NCBI GenBank assembly: GCA_963719015.1
Contig: CAVRBA010000024.1
Coordinates: 8,791-72,790 of the forward strand
Length of the DNA: 64,000 bases
Reading direction: 5' to 3'
Origin: an uncultured delta proteobacterium
GTDB lineage: Bacteria > Desulfobacterota > Desulfobacteria > Desulfobacterales > SG8-13
In this document: one piece after another, positions 9,785-18,957 of the stretch
How the letters are laid out: each line of letters starts with the position of its first letter
Numbering within the stretch: the stretch's first letter is position 1
Notes under the pieces: model-generated
The model's database searches: none
What the model was told of the DNA's origin: nothing
The model's input: only the letters and a program-made list of their open reading frames with translations
Made by a program: the position numbers and the translations under genes

Positions 9785-10030
9785 ATGAAAAACAGCGCAT
9801 TATCTAAACACAAGTTCATGATCGATCTTCAGAAACTCAACGAGCTAAACGCTGAGGGCTGTCCTGCTTGCGGAAACAAGTTCACTCTGGGGGAGACCGC
9901 TGTGGTCGCCTGCGGCGCGTGGGAAGGTGGGTCGAAAGCCATTCACGAAAACGAAGCGGTTTGGGACGATCAGCAGCGCGGTTATGTCGAACGGCGATGT
10001 TTCGACTCTCGAAGAGGCAAGATCGGCTGA
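9785..10030 (+). CDS. Small hypothetical Cys-containing protein
   Basis: 81 aa. AAGAGG 7 nt upstream of the ATG, CPAC plus further Cys residues. No family recognised. Confidence 0.4.
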   Translation: MKNSALSKHKFMIDLQKLNELNAEGCPACGNKFTLGETAVVACGAWEGGSKAIHENEAVWDDQQRGYVERRCFDSRRGKIG

Positions 10031-10508
10031 TCACCTCACGCGGATTATAATATGCATTTCAGAGCAATCGCTTTGCTGTAGTGTAACGTCTCAACCGTTC
10101 AAACTCTGGCCAGAGATAACATCTTTCCCAACATCGCGACGATATCACCCCACAGTGGAATAAAAGCCGCGACCGCCGGATTTAAAGGCCCCGCCGCCAG
10201 TCACCCTTTTATTCTGGTTCCGAACAGAATAATTTCTGTTGACAGACCCATACGCCATAGGTTAAAACCCCCAAAATTTTTCGCTGCAAAATCATTGATA
10301 GTGGGCATTCATTCCGGTTGCGTTGGAGTTGTTGCGAAACTCTTCTCGAGCGATTGTTCCTGTGGACTGACCATACTGACCTGTGCTGAAGCTGTGCTGA
10401 GCTGATCATGTTCCGATTCGCAATGCCCGTTTTGAACCCCCGAGGGCTTCTGGCTCTCGGGGGTTCGCATTTCGTGAGTTCCTCATCTCATCATGCGCTG
10501 CCGCAGCC

Positions 10509-10612
10509 TTATAAAGGTTGTCAAAAAAACGTTTCGTTATGCGAACGTTTTTTCTACAACCACTGATACCACCCTTCCGTATTGCGGAATTTATTTTTGA
10601 AAAGCGGTATAA
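10509..10612 (-). repeat. Structured intergenic repeat, copy 3
   Basis: TTATAAAGGTTGTCAAAAAAACGTTTCGTTATGCGAACGTTTTTTCTACAACCACTGATACCACCCTTCCGTATTGCGGAATTTATTTTTGAAAAGCGGTATAA. Confidence 0.9.
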
Positions 10613-10769
10613 CCGCCATCCTGTTCGCCTATCGACCCGTGCTTGAATGACCTGAGAAGATTTCACGCTTCGAACCAAACGAAGGCTTTCAAGGCAAGAC
10701 ATTTTGGAGCAACTCTGTTTCCACTCGCAGTGAACCGCCAATATACCCCGGCCACGAAAATCCCGCGTT

Positions 10770-11765
10770 TTACCCACTACCCGCGCCAAAGGCGCAGTGC
10801 CACTCTGCCAACACCCGGTCTGGCGTAATCTGTCTCAACAATGCAGGTTCGAAGTAACCTGTACTTGCGGTATTTGTGCAAGGACAACAGATTTCAGACG
10901 GTGTGACAACCCGCACATTGTCACCAAATGGGCGCCAACGCACGGAATCTGACGGCCCGAAAATAACCAAAGTCGGCAAACCTAAAAATGCTGCCAGGTG
11001 ACTGATACCTGAATCATTCCCAATGTATCCATCGGCAGAATTAAGAATGTCAATTAGCTCCGGGAAAGACGTGCATTTAACAACGCCAGGCTGGGTTTCC
11101 CTGCGCTGTTTCAGGGCCACTTCGATATCCGACTCGGCCGGCCCCAGAAGCATCACCAAACGCATTCCTTGAGATAACAATTTGGCAGCGACGACAAGAA
11201 ACCGTTCCAGCGGCCAGCGCTTTTTTATGCTGCCGGCTCCCGGACTGAGAATAAGCGTTGCCCCCACCGGGAGTTTGGTCGGCCGGCTTTGCGCCGCAGC
11301 ACAAAAAGTACGATAGAATTTATCACGCTCCCCAGACGACAGGATGCCGCATTTCTGTGTTCGGTTCGCTAAAAATTCAGTTACTTGTAGCCTGTGCGTC
11401 TCCTCCGGCCAAGGCTCGATACGAAAAACCCGGTCTGCATTGATTTTTTTCATGGAAAATTCAAGAATCGCGGAGAAAGAGATCAGCAGAATGTGACTAT
11501 AGGCAGATACGAGCTGACTCATTTCGGGATCGATCCGGTTGGCGTATAAACTTGAAACACGGGCGGACTCCAGTGGGTGGTGACGATCCAAGACACCGAC
11601 TTCGACAGCCAACTGGCCAAAAGACGCTCGGCAAATAGCGTCGACACGAGAGAATGACACCCTGAGGGCCTTTAGGACGGGAAATGTAACAATGAAGTCG
11701 CCGAGAGCACCCTGGTGAACGATCAACAAGCTTTTCTCAACTTGCGGTATACGGTCCAAATTCAT
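10770..11765 (-). CDS. Glycosyltransferase family 9 (LPS heptosyltransferase-like)
   Basis: 331 aa. N-terminal LLIVHQGALGDFIVTFPVLKAL and C-terminal GNDSGISHLAAFLGLPTLVIFGPS are the typical GT9 signatures. Confidence 0.85.
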   Translation of the reverse strand: MNLDRIPQVEKSLLIVHQGALGDFIVTFPVLKALRVSFSRVDAICRASFGQLAVEVGVLDRHHPLESARVSSLYANRIDPEMSQLVSAYSHILLISFSAILEFSMKKINADRVFRIEPWPEETHRLQVTEFLANRTQKCGILSSGERDKFYRTFCAAAQSRPTKLPVGATLILSPGAGSIKKRWPLERFLVVAAKLLSQGMRLVMLLGPAESDIEVALKQRRETQPGVVKCTSFPELIDILNSADGYIGNDSGISHLAAFLGLPTLVIFGPSDSVRWRPFGDNVRVVTPSEICCPCTNTASTGYFEPALLRQITPDRVLAEWHCAFGAGSG

Positions 11766-11816
11766 GCGAATCTTTTTCCACGCTGAGGTGAACCTTTCAT
11801 GTTTTGACGAAAAAGA

Positions 11817-11922
11817 TTATATAATGGTTGTCAGAAAAACGTTCCGTTGTTCGAATGTTTTTTTATACAACTACTTATACCACCCTTCCGTATTTTGGAA
11901 ATTATTTTGAAAAGCAATTTAA
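11817..11922 (-). repeat. Structured intergenic repeat, copy 4 (diverged)
   Basis: TTATATAATGGTTGTCAGAAAAACGTTCCGTTGTTCGAATGTTTTTTTATACAACTACTTATACCACCCTTCCGTATTTTGGAAATTATTTTGAAAAGCAATTTAA. Confidence 0.85.
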
Positions 11923-12079
11923 CACCCGCTAACGATTCTTTCGGGCTGCCAATATGCGATCGCGCACTCAAATCCGGTAGCTTTGGAGAATCTGCAACAG
12001 GTATCGGCTACACGCTGATCGATACGTGTGGCGTATTCTGTTGCCCGACATCAACAATTCCAGGAAATGAGGATCGACC

Positions 12080-14143
12080 ATGACATTTGGCCGCAATTTG
12101 TTAAGAATTTGTGTTGCGCTCACTTTCGTTTTCTTCGTCGCTACCTTGTATGCAGCTGAAGGCAATAATGATGCCGACAAAAAAGTGTCAGTTCCTGAAT
12201 TCAGCATCGGCCAAGGGATGCAATCGACTATAAAAGAACAGGCCGAAAATGTCAGTGAAGAGTTTGCCAAGCAAGCCCGTTCTCTATTCGATTCCTCACC
12301 GCTGGGATGGAACATGAAAACCCTGCACGACATTTATACGTGGACGCTCGAACTCCCTTCATTATTACCAGAATTGGCTCAAAAAATCATGGAGCAGAGC
12401 CGAATCTTGGGAATGATCGGCTCTTTGGTCGTGTTCACCTTTATTGCCGCCGTCATTTACAGCCTCATCGGGCGCAAAAAGGTTTTGAAGCGTATCGAGG
12501 GAATCGTGCGGCCGTTTGAGCAGAAATTACCCCCAAAACTGTTTCCCTATTTTTTATCCCTTTTGAAGGTGGTCGTTGCCGCACTGATACCGTTGTTACT
12601 GCTGGGCGCATTTTCTCTGATCAACGCCTTTATGACCTACCCGGCCGCCTGGTTTCAATTGACGGGACGTCTGTTGGGACTTTGGGTCGTTGGTGCGTTA
12701 ATCACCGGTCTGTTGCGCGAATCTCTGACCCAGAATCTTTTCCCGCGAACCGCCCGTTACGGCAGAAAAATTTTCAATCTGGCGCGCCTGACGCTGTTCT
12801 ATGTTCTGGCCGGATTTATCGTCATCTGGAGCGCAGAGGTTTTTGATATCCGCCCCGATATCGTCGCCCTGCTTAAATTCGTTATCGCCGTATCGATTGT
12901 GGTGGTCCTATTTCTGCTCCATCTGATGAAAAAAGTTTTCATGTCGTTGCTGCCCGACCTCCCTTACGGCCCTTATCGGATTTTCATCCGCCAATTGAGC
13001 CGGTTTTACTACCCCTTCATTATTCTGTCATTCATTGTAGCCCTGCTCTGGTGCATCGGATACCACCAGCTCGGTCGTGTGGTGCTCCTGAAAACCTGGT
13101 ACACCGGTGGTGCCTATGTACTTATCATGCTGGTTTACCACAACCTGACGGTGCGGCTTGAAAAATGGCATGCCGGTAAGGATCGCTCCGATGATACCGT
13201 CCGTTTACTCCATAAATCACTGAAATCATTACTACTGTATGCCACGGTAACAGCGGCAACCGGAATTGTTTTGAACCTGCTTGGGCTGCTCGGACCTCTG
13301 GTGCAGATCATCTCCTTTCCGGTCGTCAAAATCGGCACCAATGACATTACTCTCTGGATCATCATCAAAGCCATTTTAATTCTTTTGGCTTTCGTGTTTT
13401 CGACACGCCTTCTTCAGGCCTACCTGGACTATCGGGTGTATCCTTCCTTCGGCATCGACCCCGGTCTGGGATACGCTGTTAATATCTCCCTAAAATATTC
13501 GCTGCTGTTGATCGGATTTCTGATATCGCTCAAAGCCGTCGGAATCGATTTGCGGTTTTTGCTGGTGTTCGCGGGTGCTGCTGGTATCGGCATCGGACTT
13601 GGTTTGCAGCACATGGCCGCAAATATCATCAGCGGCTTTACGATCATCTTTGGCGGGCGTATTCGAAAAGGCGACTGGATCGAGGTCGAAAACACTCTGG
13701 GCATCGTCACCGACATTGACCTGGCATCGTCCCGGGTCAGAAATCGGGACGATATCGAATATCTGATCCCGAACTCGAATCTCATCTCGAACACGATTGT
13801 CAATTACTCTCTGACCTCGCCGATGATCCGGATCGAGCTCCTGGTGGGTGTGTCATACAACGCAGATCCACGAGTGGTGGAGAAGATTCTGCTGGATGCG
13901 GCCTCGGCCGAACCTTTGGTCGCCGATCATCAGCCGCCGGTGGTGCGCTTTGTGGAATATGCAGACAACTCGATTAATTTCGAACTGCTGTTCTGGATCG
14001 ATGTGCGCGAAACGCCTCGGAGAAAAGTTCGCAGTGCGCTCTATTTTGCCATTTTCGATGAACTCAAAAAGGCGGGAATCGAGATTCCATATCCGCAACG
14101 GGACCTTCACATCCGCAGTTCCGATTTGAAACAGTTGACTTAA
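12080..14143 (+). CDS. Mechanosensitive ion channel family protein (MscS/MscK-like, multi-TM N-terminal extension)
   Basis: 687 aa. Signal-like N-terminus, about 10 hydrophobic helices, then the MscS core ...GDWIEVENTLGIVTDIDLASSRVRNRDDIEYLIPNSNLISNTIVNYS. Confidence 0.88.
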   Translation: MTFGRNLLRICVALTFVFFVATLYAAEGNNDADKKVSVPEFSIGQGMQSTIKEQAENVSEEFAKQARSLFDSSPLGWNMKTLHDIYTWTLELPSLLPELAQKIMEQSRILGMIGSLVVFTFIAAVIYSLIGRKKVLKRIEGIVRPFEQKLPPKLFPYFLSLLKVVVAALIPLLLLGAFSLINAFMTYPAAWFQLTGRLLGLWVVGALITGLLRESLTQNLFPRTARYGRKIFNLARLTLFYVLAGFIVIWSAEVFDIRPDIVALLKFVIAVSIVVVLFLLHLMKKVFMSLLPDLPYGPYRIFIRQLSRFYYPFIILSFIVALLWCIGYHQLGRVVLLKTWYTGGAYVLIMLVYHNLTVRLEKWHAGKDRSDDTVRLLHKSLKSLLLYATVTAATGIVLNLLGLLGPLVQIISFPVVKIGTNDITLWIIIKAILILLAFVFSTRLLQAYLDYRVYPSFGIDPGLGYAVNISLKYSLLLIGFLISLKAVGIDLRFLLVFAGAAGIGIGLGLQHMAANIISGFTIIFGGRIRKGDWIEVENTLGIVTDIDLASSRVRNRDDIEYLIPNSNLISNTIVNYSLTSPMIRIELLVGVSYNADPRVVEKILLDAASAEPLVADHQPPVVRFVEYADNSINFELLFWIDVRETPRRKVRSALYFAIFDELKKAGIEIPYPQRDLHIRSSDLKQLT

Positions 14144-14220
14144 GCGGCTGTAATACCCCGCATAGAGGTGTTTCTATCCGCCTGCCGACATCCAAAACGC
14201 ACCCGCCAGCAACCCGATCG

Positions 14221-15756
14221 TCAGACCGGTACCCGTTTTCGATCAAGACTGCGGTACTGAACCGCTTCGGAAACATGTTCCGAGGAAAGGGCCTCAATTC
14301 CGGCAAGATCGGCGATGGTGCGGGCAATTTTCAGAATCCGGTTGTAAGCTCTTGCAGATAGTCCAAGTTTGTCGATGACGGTTTCCAGTAGTCGTCGCGA
14401 ACTGTCGTCGACACCGCAGAACCGCTTCAGTTGGCGGCTACCCATCTGGGCGTTGGCATAAATTTTAGAGCGATGGAACCGATCGGACTGAACGGCTCGA
14501 GCCTTGTTGACGCGGGTTCTGATGTCCGCCGATGATTCAGCGCTGTTTTGCGCTGCCAGATCTTTGTATGGCACAGCCGGAACCTCCACATGAAGATCAA
14601 TACGGTCGAGCAAGGGGCCTGAAATCTTGGAACGGTATCGATGAATCTGTTGATAGGTGCAACGACACTGGTGCTTTGTATCGGTTAAGTACCCGCAAGG
14701 GCAGGGATTCATGGCAGCAACGAGCATCAATCGCGAGGGGTAGGTGATGGTCAGGGCCGCACGGGAAATGGTGACGCTTAAATCCTCAAGCGGCTGGCGC
14801 AAGACCTCCAGCACATGCTTTTTGAATTCAGGCAGCTCGTCCAGAAACAGAACGCCGTTGTGGGCCAGACTGACCTCTCCCGGTCTCGGTATGTGGCCGC
14901 CACCGATCAATCCTGCATCTGAAATCGTGTGGTGGGGCGAGCGGAACGGACGCTGAGTGATCAGGGTCTGGTTGCGAGCCAGCAGACCCACCACACTGAA
15001 AATTTTGGTTGTTTCAATTGCCTCCTCGAAGGTGAGTGGTGGCAGGATTGTCGCTAATCGCTTCGCAAGCATTGTTTTACCGGAGCCGGGAGGGCCGATC
15101 ATCAACAAGTTGTGCCCACCTGCGGCAGCAATTTCCAAAGCACGCTTAACATGCGCCTGCCCCATGACCTCACTGAAATCCAAATCCGGCCGCCGGTCGT
15201 GGTTGAAGAGCTTGTCCAGATTGGCCTTGAGTGGTGAAATACGGACCGCACCACGCAAGTACTCTACCAGTTCCGCGAGCGTTCTTACTGGAATGGCATC
15301 AATTCCGCTGACTACCGATGCCTCATGCCCGTTTCCAAATGGTACGACAATACCGGTATAACCGGCTCCCTTTGCCGCCAATGCCATGGGAAGAGATCCA
15401 TTGACCGGTTTGATTCGTCCGTCCAGGGAGAGTTCACCCAGCACAAGATGTTCGGTTAGTGATTCTTTGGGCACAACACCGGTGGCGGTGAGTATTCCGA
15501 GAGCGATAGGAAGGTCAAAGCCCGTGCCCTCTTTTTTTATATTTGCGGGTGCCAAATTAACGGTGATGCGATCATCGGGAAAAGCGTAGCCGGAATTATT
15601 TATGGCCGCCTTTACCCGTTCCTTGCTTTCCTTTACCGATGCTTCCGGCAGCCCGACAATGGTAAAAGTGGGCAACCCGCGGGCAATGTCCACTTCGACT
15701 TCGACCAAATAGCCGTCGATTCCGATCACGGCGCTGCTCAGAATTTTGGCCAGCAC
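14221..15756 (-). CDS. comM: YifB/ComM family Mg-chelatase-like AAA+ ATPase
   Basis: 511 aa. [24 protein letters not shown]-terminus, Walker [12 protein letters not shown] and [11 protein letters not shown]. Full-length family resemblance. Confidence 0.92.
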   Translation of the reverse strand: MLAKILSSAVIGIDGYLVEVEVDIARGLPTFTIVGLPEASVKESKERVKAAINNSGYAFPDDRITVNLAPANIKKEGTGFDLPIALGILTATGVVPKESLTEHLVLGELSLDGRIKPVNGSLPMALAAKGAGYTGIVVPFGNGHEASVVSGIDAIPVRTLAELVEYLRGAVRISPLKANLDKLFNHDRRPDLDFSEVMGQAHVKRALEIAAAGGHNLLMIGPPGSGKTMLAKRLATILPPLTFEEAIETTKIFSVVGLLARNQTLITQRPFRSPHHTISDAGLIGGGHIPRPGEVSLAHNGVLFLDELPEFKKHVLEVLRQPLEDLSVTISRAALTITYPSRLMLVAAMNPCPCGYLTDTKHQCRCTYQQIHRYRSKISGPLLDRIDLHVEVPAVPYKDLAAQNSAESSADIRTRVNKARAVQSDRFHRSKIYANAQMGSRQLKRFCGVDDSSRRLLETVIDKLGLSARAYNRILKIARTIADLAGIEALSSEHVSEAVQYRSLDRKRVPV

Positions 15757-16125
15757 ATTGCCTCCAACGGATAGGAATTCGATGCCAAAAACTAAATCTT
15801 TTTAACTATTCGGGCCACAGTAAATAGCAATTTTACACGCTTGAATAACGTTTGATAAATGTCTGACAGCATGTCTATTTCAAAACCTGCAGCGAAACAT
15901 TATATAACAAGTCAGGTTATTAACCAGAAATCGCTTAGCACACCAAGCAAACTCAATCAATGGATATCATCGGTTGTTCGCTTTGTGGGACTGGTATCGA
16001 TCTGCGCAATGGATATCGCCGCTGCAATATCACCCATCGTGTAACAGCTGCTGAATGGCTGGCGTCCAGGCAATATCGAAAGAAAAGAATGCTACAACAA
16101 TGAAATTCAGGGTAGTTGCCGTTAC

Positions 16126-17268
16126 CTATAGATATGATCGCATCATCTGCTTCACCCCAGCAGCCTCAGCCACCGTTAACAATGTGCACATGCCGCTTTT
16201 TTCCTGATCCGACTGGGCATCTACCCACTCGGTCAATTTCTGCAGCGCCCGGCCGCTACCGATAATTTCTTTGCTCATTGCTACACCTGTAGCAATATCT
16301 TCGGCCTTGCCCACCAGGTAAAGGACCGCCCCGGCGTTGAGACAAGTAATATCTATGCACCCATTGTGGCCTATTCCGCCGATAACTTTAAGGAAACGAA
16401 CGGCCTCTTTGCGCACGTCGCCAGTGGCGGCTATATCCCCGTATGCGGAGCGCTTCAATCCGACGTCTTCGGGGGCGATCGTGTGCGATACGTCACTCCC
16501 GTCCGCACGGATTTCCAGCACGACGCTTTCCCCAATGTTGGACAACTCGTCCATACCTTTGTCATTTTCGGCGTCAAATCCGTGTACGACCATCGCACGC
16601 TCGATTCCGATGGCTTTCATGATTTTCGCCACTTTCGGTACCATTTCAACTGAATAAACACCGCGCAGCGCATGGGTTGTTTGGCAGGGGCTTGCCAAAG
16701 AGGCGGCAATATTCAAGGTAGACCCAAACCGGATTTGACTGAGAATCCGGGCCAGGGACTGGGGGTGAACCAGAGCGCTCATACCGTTAAACAGCCCGAT
16801 ACCGGCCGTCTTGATGCTGCGCCCCACGGTATCCACGTCGCATTCCACGTTGATACCAATCGATTCGAGCAGATCAACGGTTCCGCAGCTTGATGTCAAC
16901 GCTCTCGCCCCATGGCGGGCCATACGGGTTCCAGCAGCCGCGGCAACAATCGCAGCCGCCGAACTGACATTGAATGTTTTCAGCTGATCCATGCCGGTAC
17001 CCGAATTTTCAACCAGCGGTTTCCCAAGGTCCTCTGTGACCGTCTCGGTGTCCAGTTCAAGGATGGCCTGCCATGCACCGGCAATTTCCGCAGGACTTTC
17101 CCCTTTGGCCGTCAGGGCGGCCAGAAAAGCACCCTGCTGCAAATCCGGTTGCTGGTTTTGCAGAACTTGGCGGAACATTTCCTGGCTTTCCTCACGCGTC
17201 AAATCTTTTTTATCAATCAATTTCTGGATATTCGATCCAAACGACTTTAATAGTTCATCCGTCCACAT
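16126..17268 (-). CDS. TrpD-family (glycosyl transferase family 3) phosphoribosyltransferase paralogue, non-canonical motifs
   Basis: 380 aa. TrpD-like N-terminal helical domain (DLTREESQEMFRQVL...GAFLAALTAKGESPAEIAG) and alpha/beta core. It has GTGMD instead of GTGGD and HGAR instead of HGNR. No other trp genes are nearby. It is the second gene behind the cobalamin riboswitch. Confidence 0.75.
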   Translation of the reverse strand: MWTDELLKSFGSNIQKLIDKKDLTREESQEMFRQVLQNQQPDLQQGAFLAALTAKGESPAEIAGAWQAILELDTETVTEDLGKPLVENSGTGMDQLKTFNVSSAAAIVAAAAGTRMARHGARALTSSCGTVDLLESIGINVECDVDTVGRSIKTAGIGLFNGMSALVHPQSLARILSQIRFGSTLNIAASLASPCQTTHALRGVYSVEMVPKVAKIMKAIGIERAMVVHGFDAENDKGMDELSNIGESVVLEIRADGSDVSHTIAPEDVGLKRSAYGDIAATGDVRKEAVRFLKVIGGIGHNGCIDITCLNAGAVLYLVGKAEDIATGVAMSKEIIGSGRALQKLTEWVDAQSDQEKSGMCTLLTVAEAAGVKQMMRSYL

Positions 17269-17284
17269 GGTGTAATTTCCGCTT

Positions 17285-18259
17285 CTATGGGTAGAGTAAT
17301 ATTTTCATTCCTTGCCGGGACGCGACAAGATCCAGTGCCCGGGTGAGATCGGTAAGCGGCAAACGATGTGAAATCATGTCACTCACGCCAACCTTGCCGC
17401 TCGAAATTAGACCGAGCGCTTCCTCGCCGTGACGGAAGCTGCAGCCGTATGCGCCGACAACGGTTTGCTCCATATAGTGAATATGATTCAGATCAAGGGA
17501 CAAAAAACAGTCATCGGGGGGAAGACCGGAAAAAATCACCAACCGCCCCCGGGGATTCAAGTGGGTTTTGGCTTCATTGTAGGCTGTCAGGTTTCCGACT
17601 GCGACCACACAGATATCGAATCGCAGATCCTCCGGGCAAACGGCGTATCCATCGATCAGGCGCCGACGGCGTTCATCGGTTTCGATGCATGTCGGCTTTG
17701 CCCCCATGGCCTCGGAAGCTCTGGCGAGAAGAGTTCCAGCCGGTCCCCCCCCCCATATTCCAACCTGTTTACCACTAGCGACTTCAGCCAGTTCCAGTGC
17801 ATTTAAACAGCATGACAACGGTTCGGCAAACACGGCATGTTCCGGCGACAGGCCCTGCGATACCTTGATGACACTTTGTGCGGGTACTGTCACAAAATCA
17901 GCAAACCCGCCATCACGATGAAATCCCATAATCTTCATATCACGGCAAAGATTCTCCGCCCCCGCGGCACATGCCGGACATGTTCCACACCAGATTCCAG
18001 GATAGACGTATACGCGATCACCTTCTGAGACGTTGACAACCTGCGCCCCTTTTCGCTGGATGACCCCAACAACCTCCTCACCCGGAATACGCGGCAGCAC
18101 CAGGTCCCGGTGTCCCGATCGAATAATCTTGAGGTCAGTGCGGCACATGCCGGTCACCTCAACCTGCACGAGGACCTCATCCTCCCGCGGTTCTTTAACA
18201 GGAAGTTCTTGTACCTGGAAACCACCGACTTCGGTTACCATAATGCATTTCATATTCAA
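17285..18259 (-). CDS. MDR-superfamily zinc alcohol-dehydrogenase-like protein (threonine/sorbitol DH-like), atypical catalytic site
   Basis: 324 aa. GGAGGTG SD, GMCRTD, structural Zn site CGTCPACAAGAENLC, Rossmann GGGPAG. The usual GHE is PGEE here. It is the first gene behind the cobalamin riboswitch. Confidence 0.8.
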   Translation of the reverse strand: MNMKCIMVTEVGGFQVQELPVKEPREDEVLVQVEVTGMCRTDLKIIRSGHRDLVLPRIPGEEVVGVIQRKGAQVVNVSEGDRVYVYPGIWCGTCPACAAGAENLCRDMKIMGFHRDGGFADFVTVPAQSVIKVSQGLSPEHAVFAEPLSCCLNALELAEVASGKQVGIWGGGPAGTLLARASEAMGAKPTCIETDERRRRLIDGYAVCPEDLRFDICVVAVGNLTAYNEAKTHLNPRGRLVIFSGLPPDDCFLSLDLNHIHYMEQTVVGAYGCSFRHGEEALGLISSGKVGVSDMISHRLPLTDLTRALDLVASRQGMKILLYP

Positions 18260-18344
18260 ATTTACACCTCCAGACAGATGCGCCGTCGCGATCTATGCCA
18301 ATAAAGCTTGGACCGGACGGATGTCAGGGTGAAACACGTTCACC

Positions 18345-18610
18345 CTGAAACAAACAATAAAGGGTTCCGGCAACCGCGATTGCGGTCAGCGGAACCCTTT
18401 GCCATCGGATATCCGATTGATCCGTATCCGTCGTCTTCTGGCTTCCCCGTATCCATCGCGACCTTCCCATGTCGATGCATCGACACAGTGGTTCCGTGCG
18501 ATCGAAAATTACCTGAATTGCGGGGTCACAGCGGCGGGACCGCCACGGATTTACACCGTGTTCCGTTACGGATGGGACCGACCCATTTTTCCGAACCAGT
18601 ATCAGATTAG
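18345..18610 (-). promoter_or_regulatory. Cobalamin (B12) riboswitch with intrinsic-terminator expression platform
   Basis: The minus strand reads ...ATGGGTCGGTCCCAT CCGTAACGGAACAC GGTGTAAATCC GTGGCGGTCCCGCCGCTGTGACCCC ... CCACTG-TGTCGATGCATCGACA-TGGGAAGG ... GGGGAAGCCAGAAGAC. This covers the core junction, the GCCACUG...GGGAAGG element and the B12 box. It is followed by the hairpin AAAGGGTTCCG/CGGAACCCTTT plus ATTGTTTGTTT at 18400-18345. The boundaries are approximate. Confidence 0.87.
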
Positions 18611-18957
18611 GCCAAACGCGTCAAATAATTCCTAACCGAAAGATTGCGCGATTGGCAGATTAAGTCTGTCAATCGTCTGACCCAAATGCACTAAATGCCT
18701 TGACATGCCGCGGAAGTTCCTTAAACTGAAGACCAGTTACGTATATCTGGTCGATTGCAATAATCGTCCAAATGAAACGACAGATATTTCGCCCACGCCA
18801 CCACGAACACGAGGCGACAGACGGCCCGACAGCTGCCGGGGATATGGAACGAGTTAATTTGACCGCTTTTTTGATTGTATTTTTCACCCGTATGTGGGAA
18901 ATATATTACGTCTGAGTTGACTATCCGACCGACAGCCAATGGAAGGACTTCATAAAT

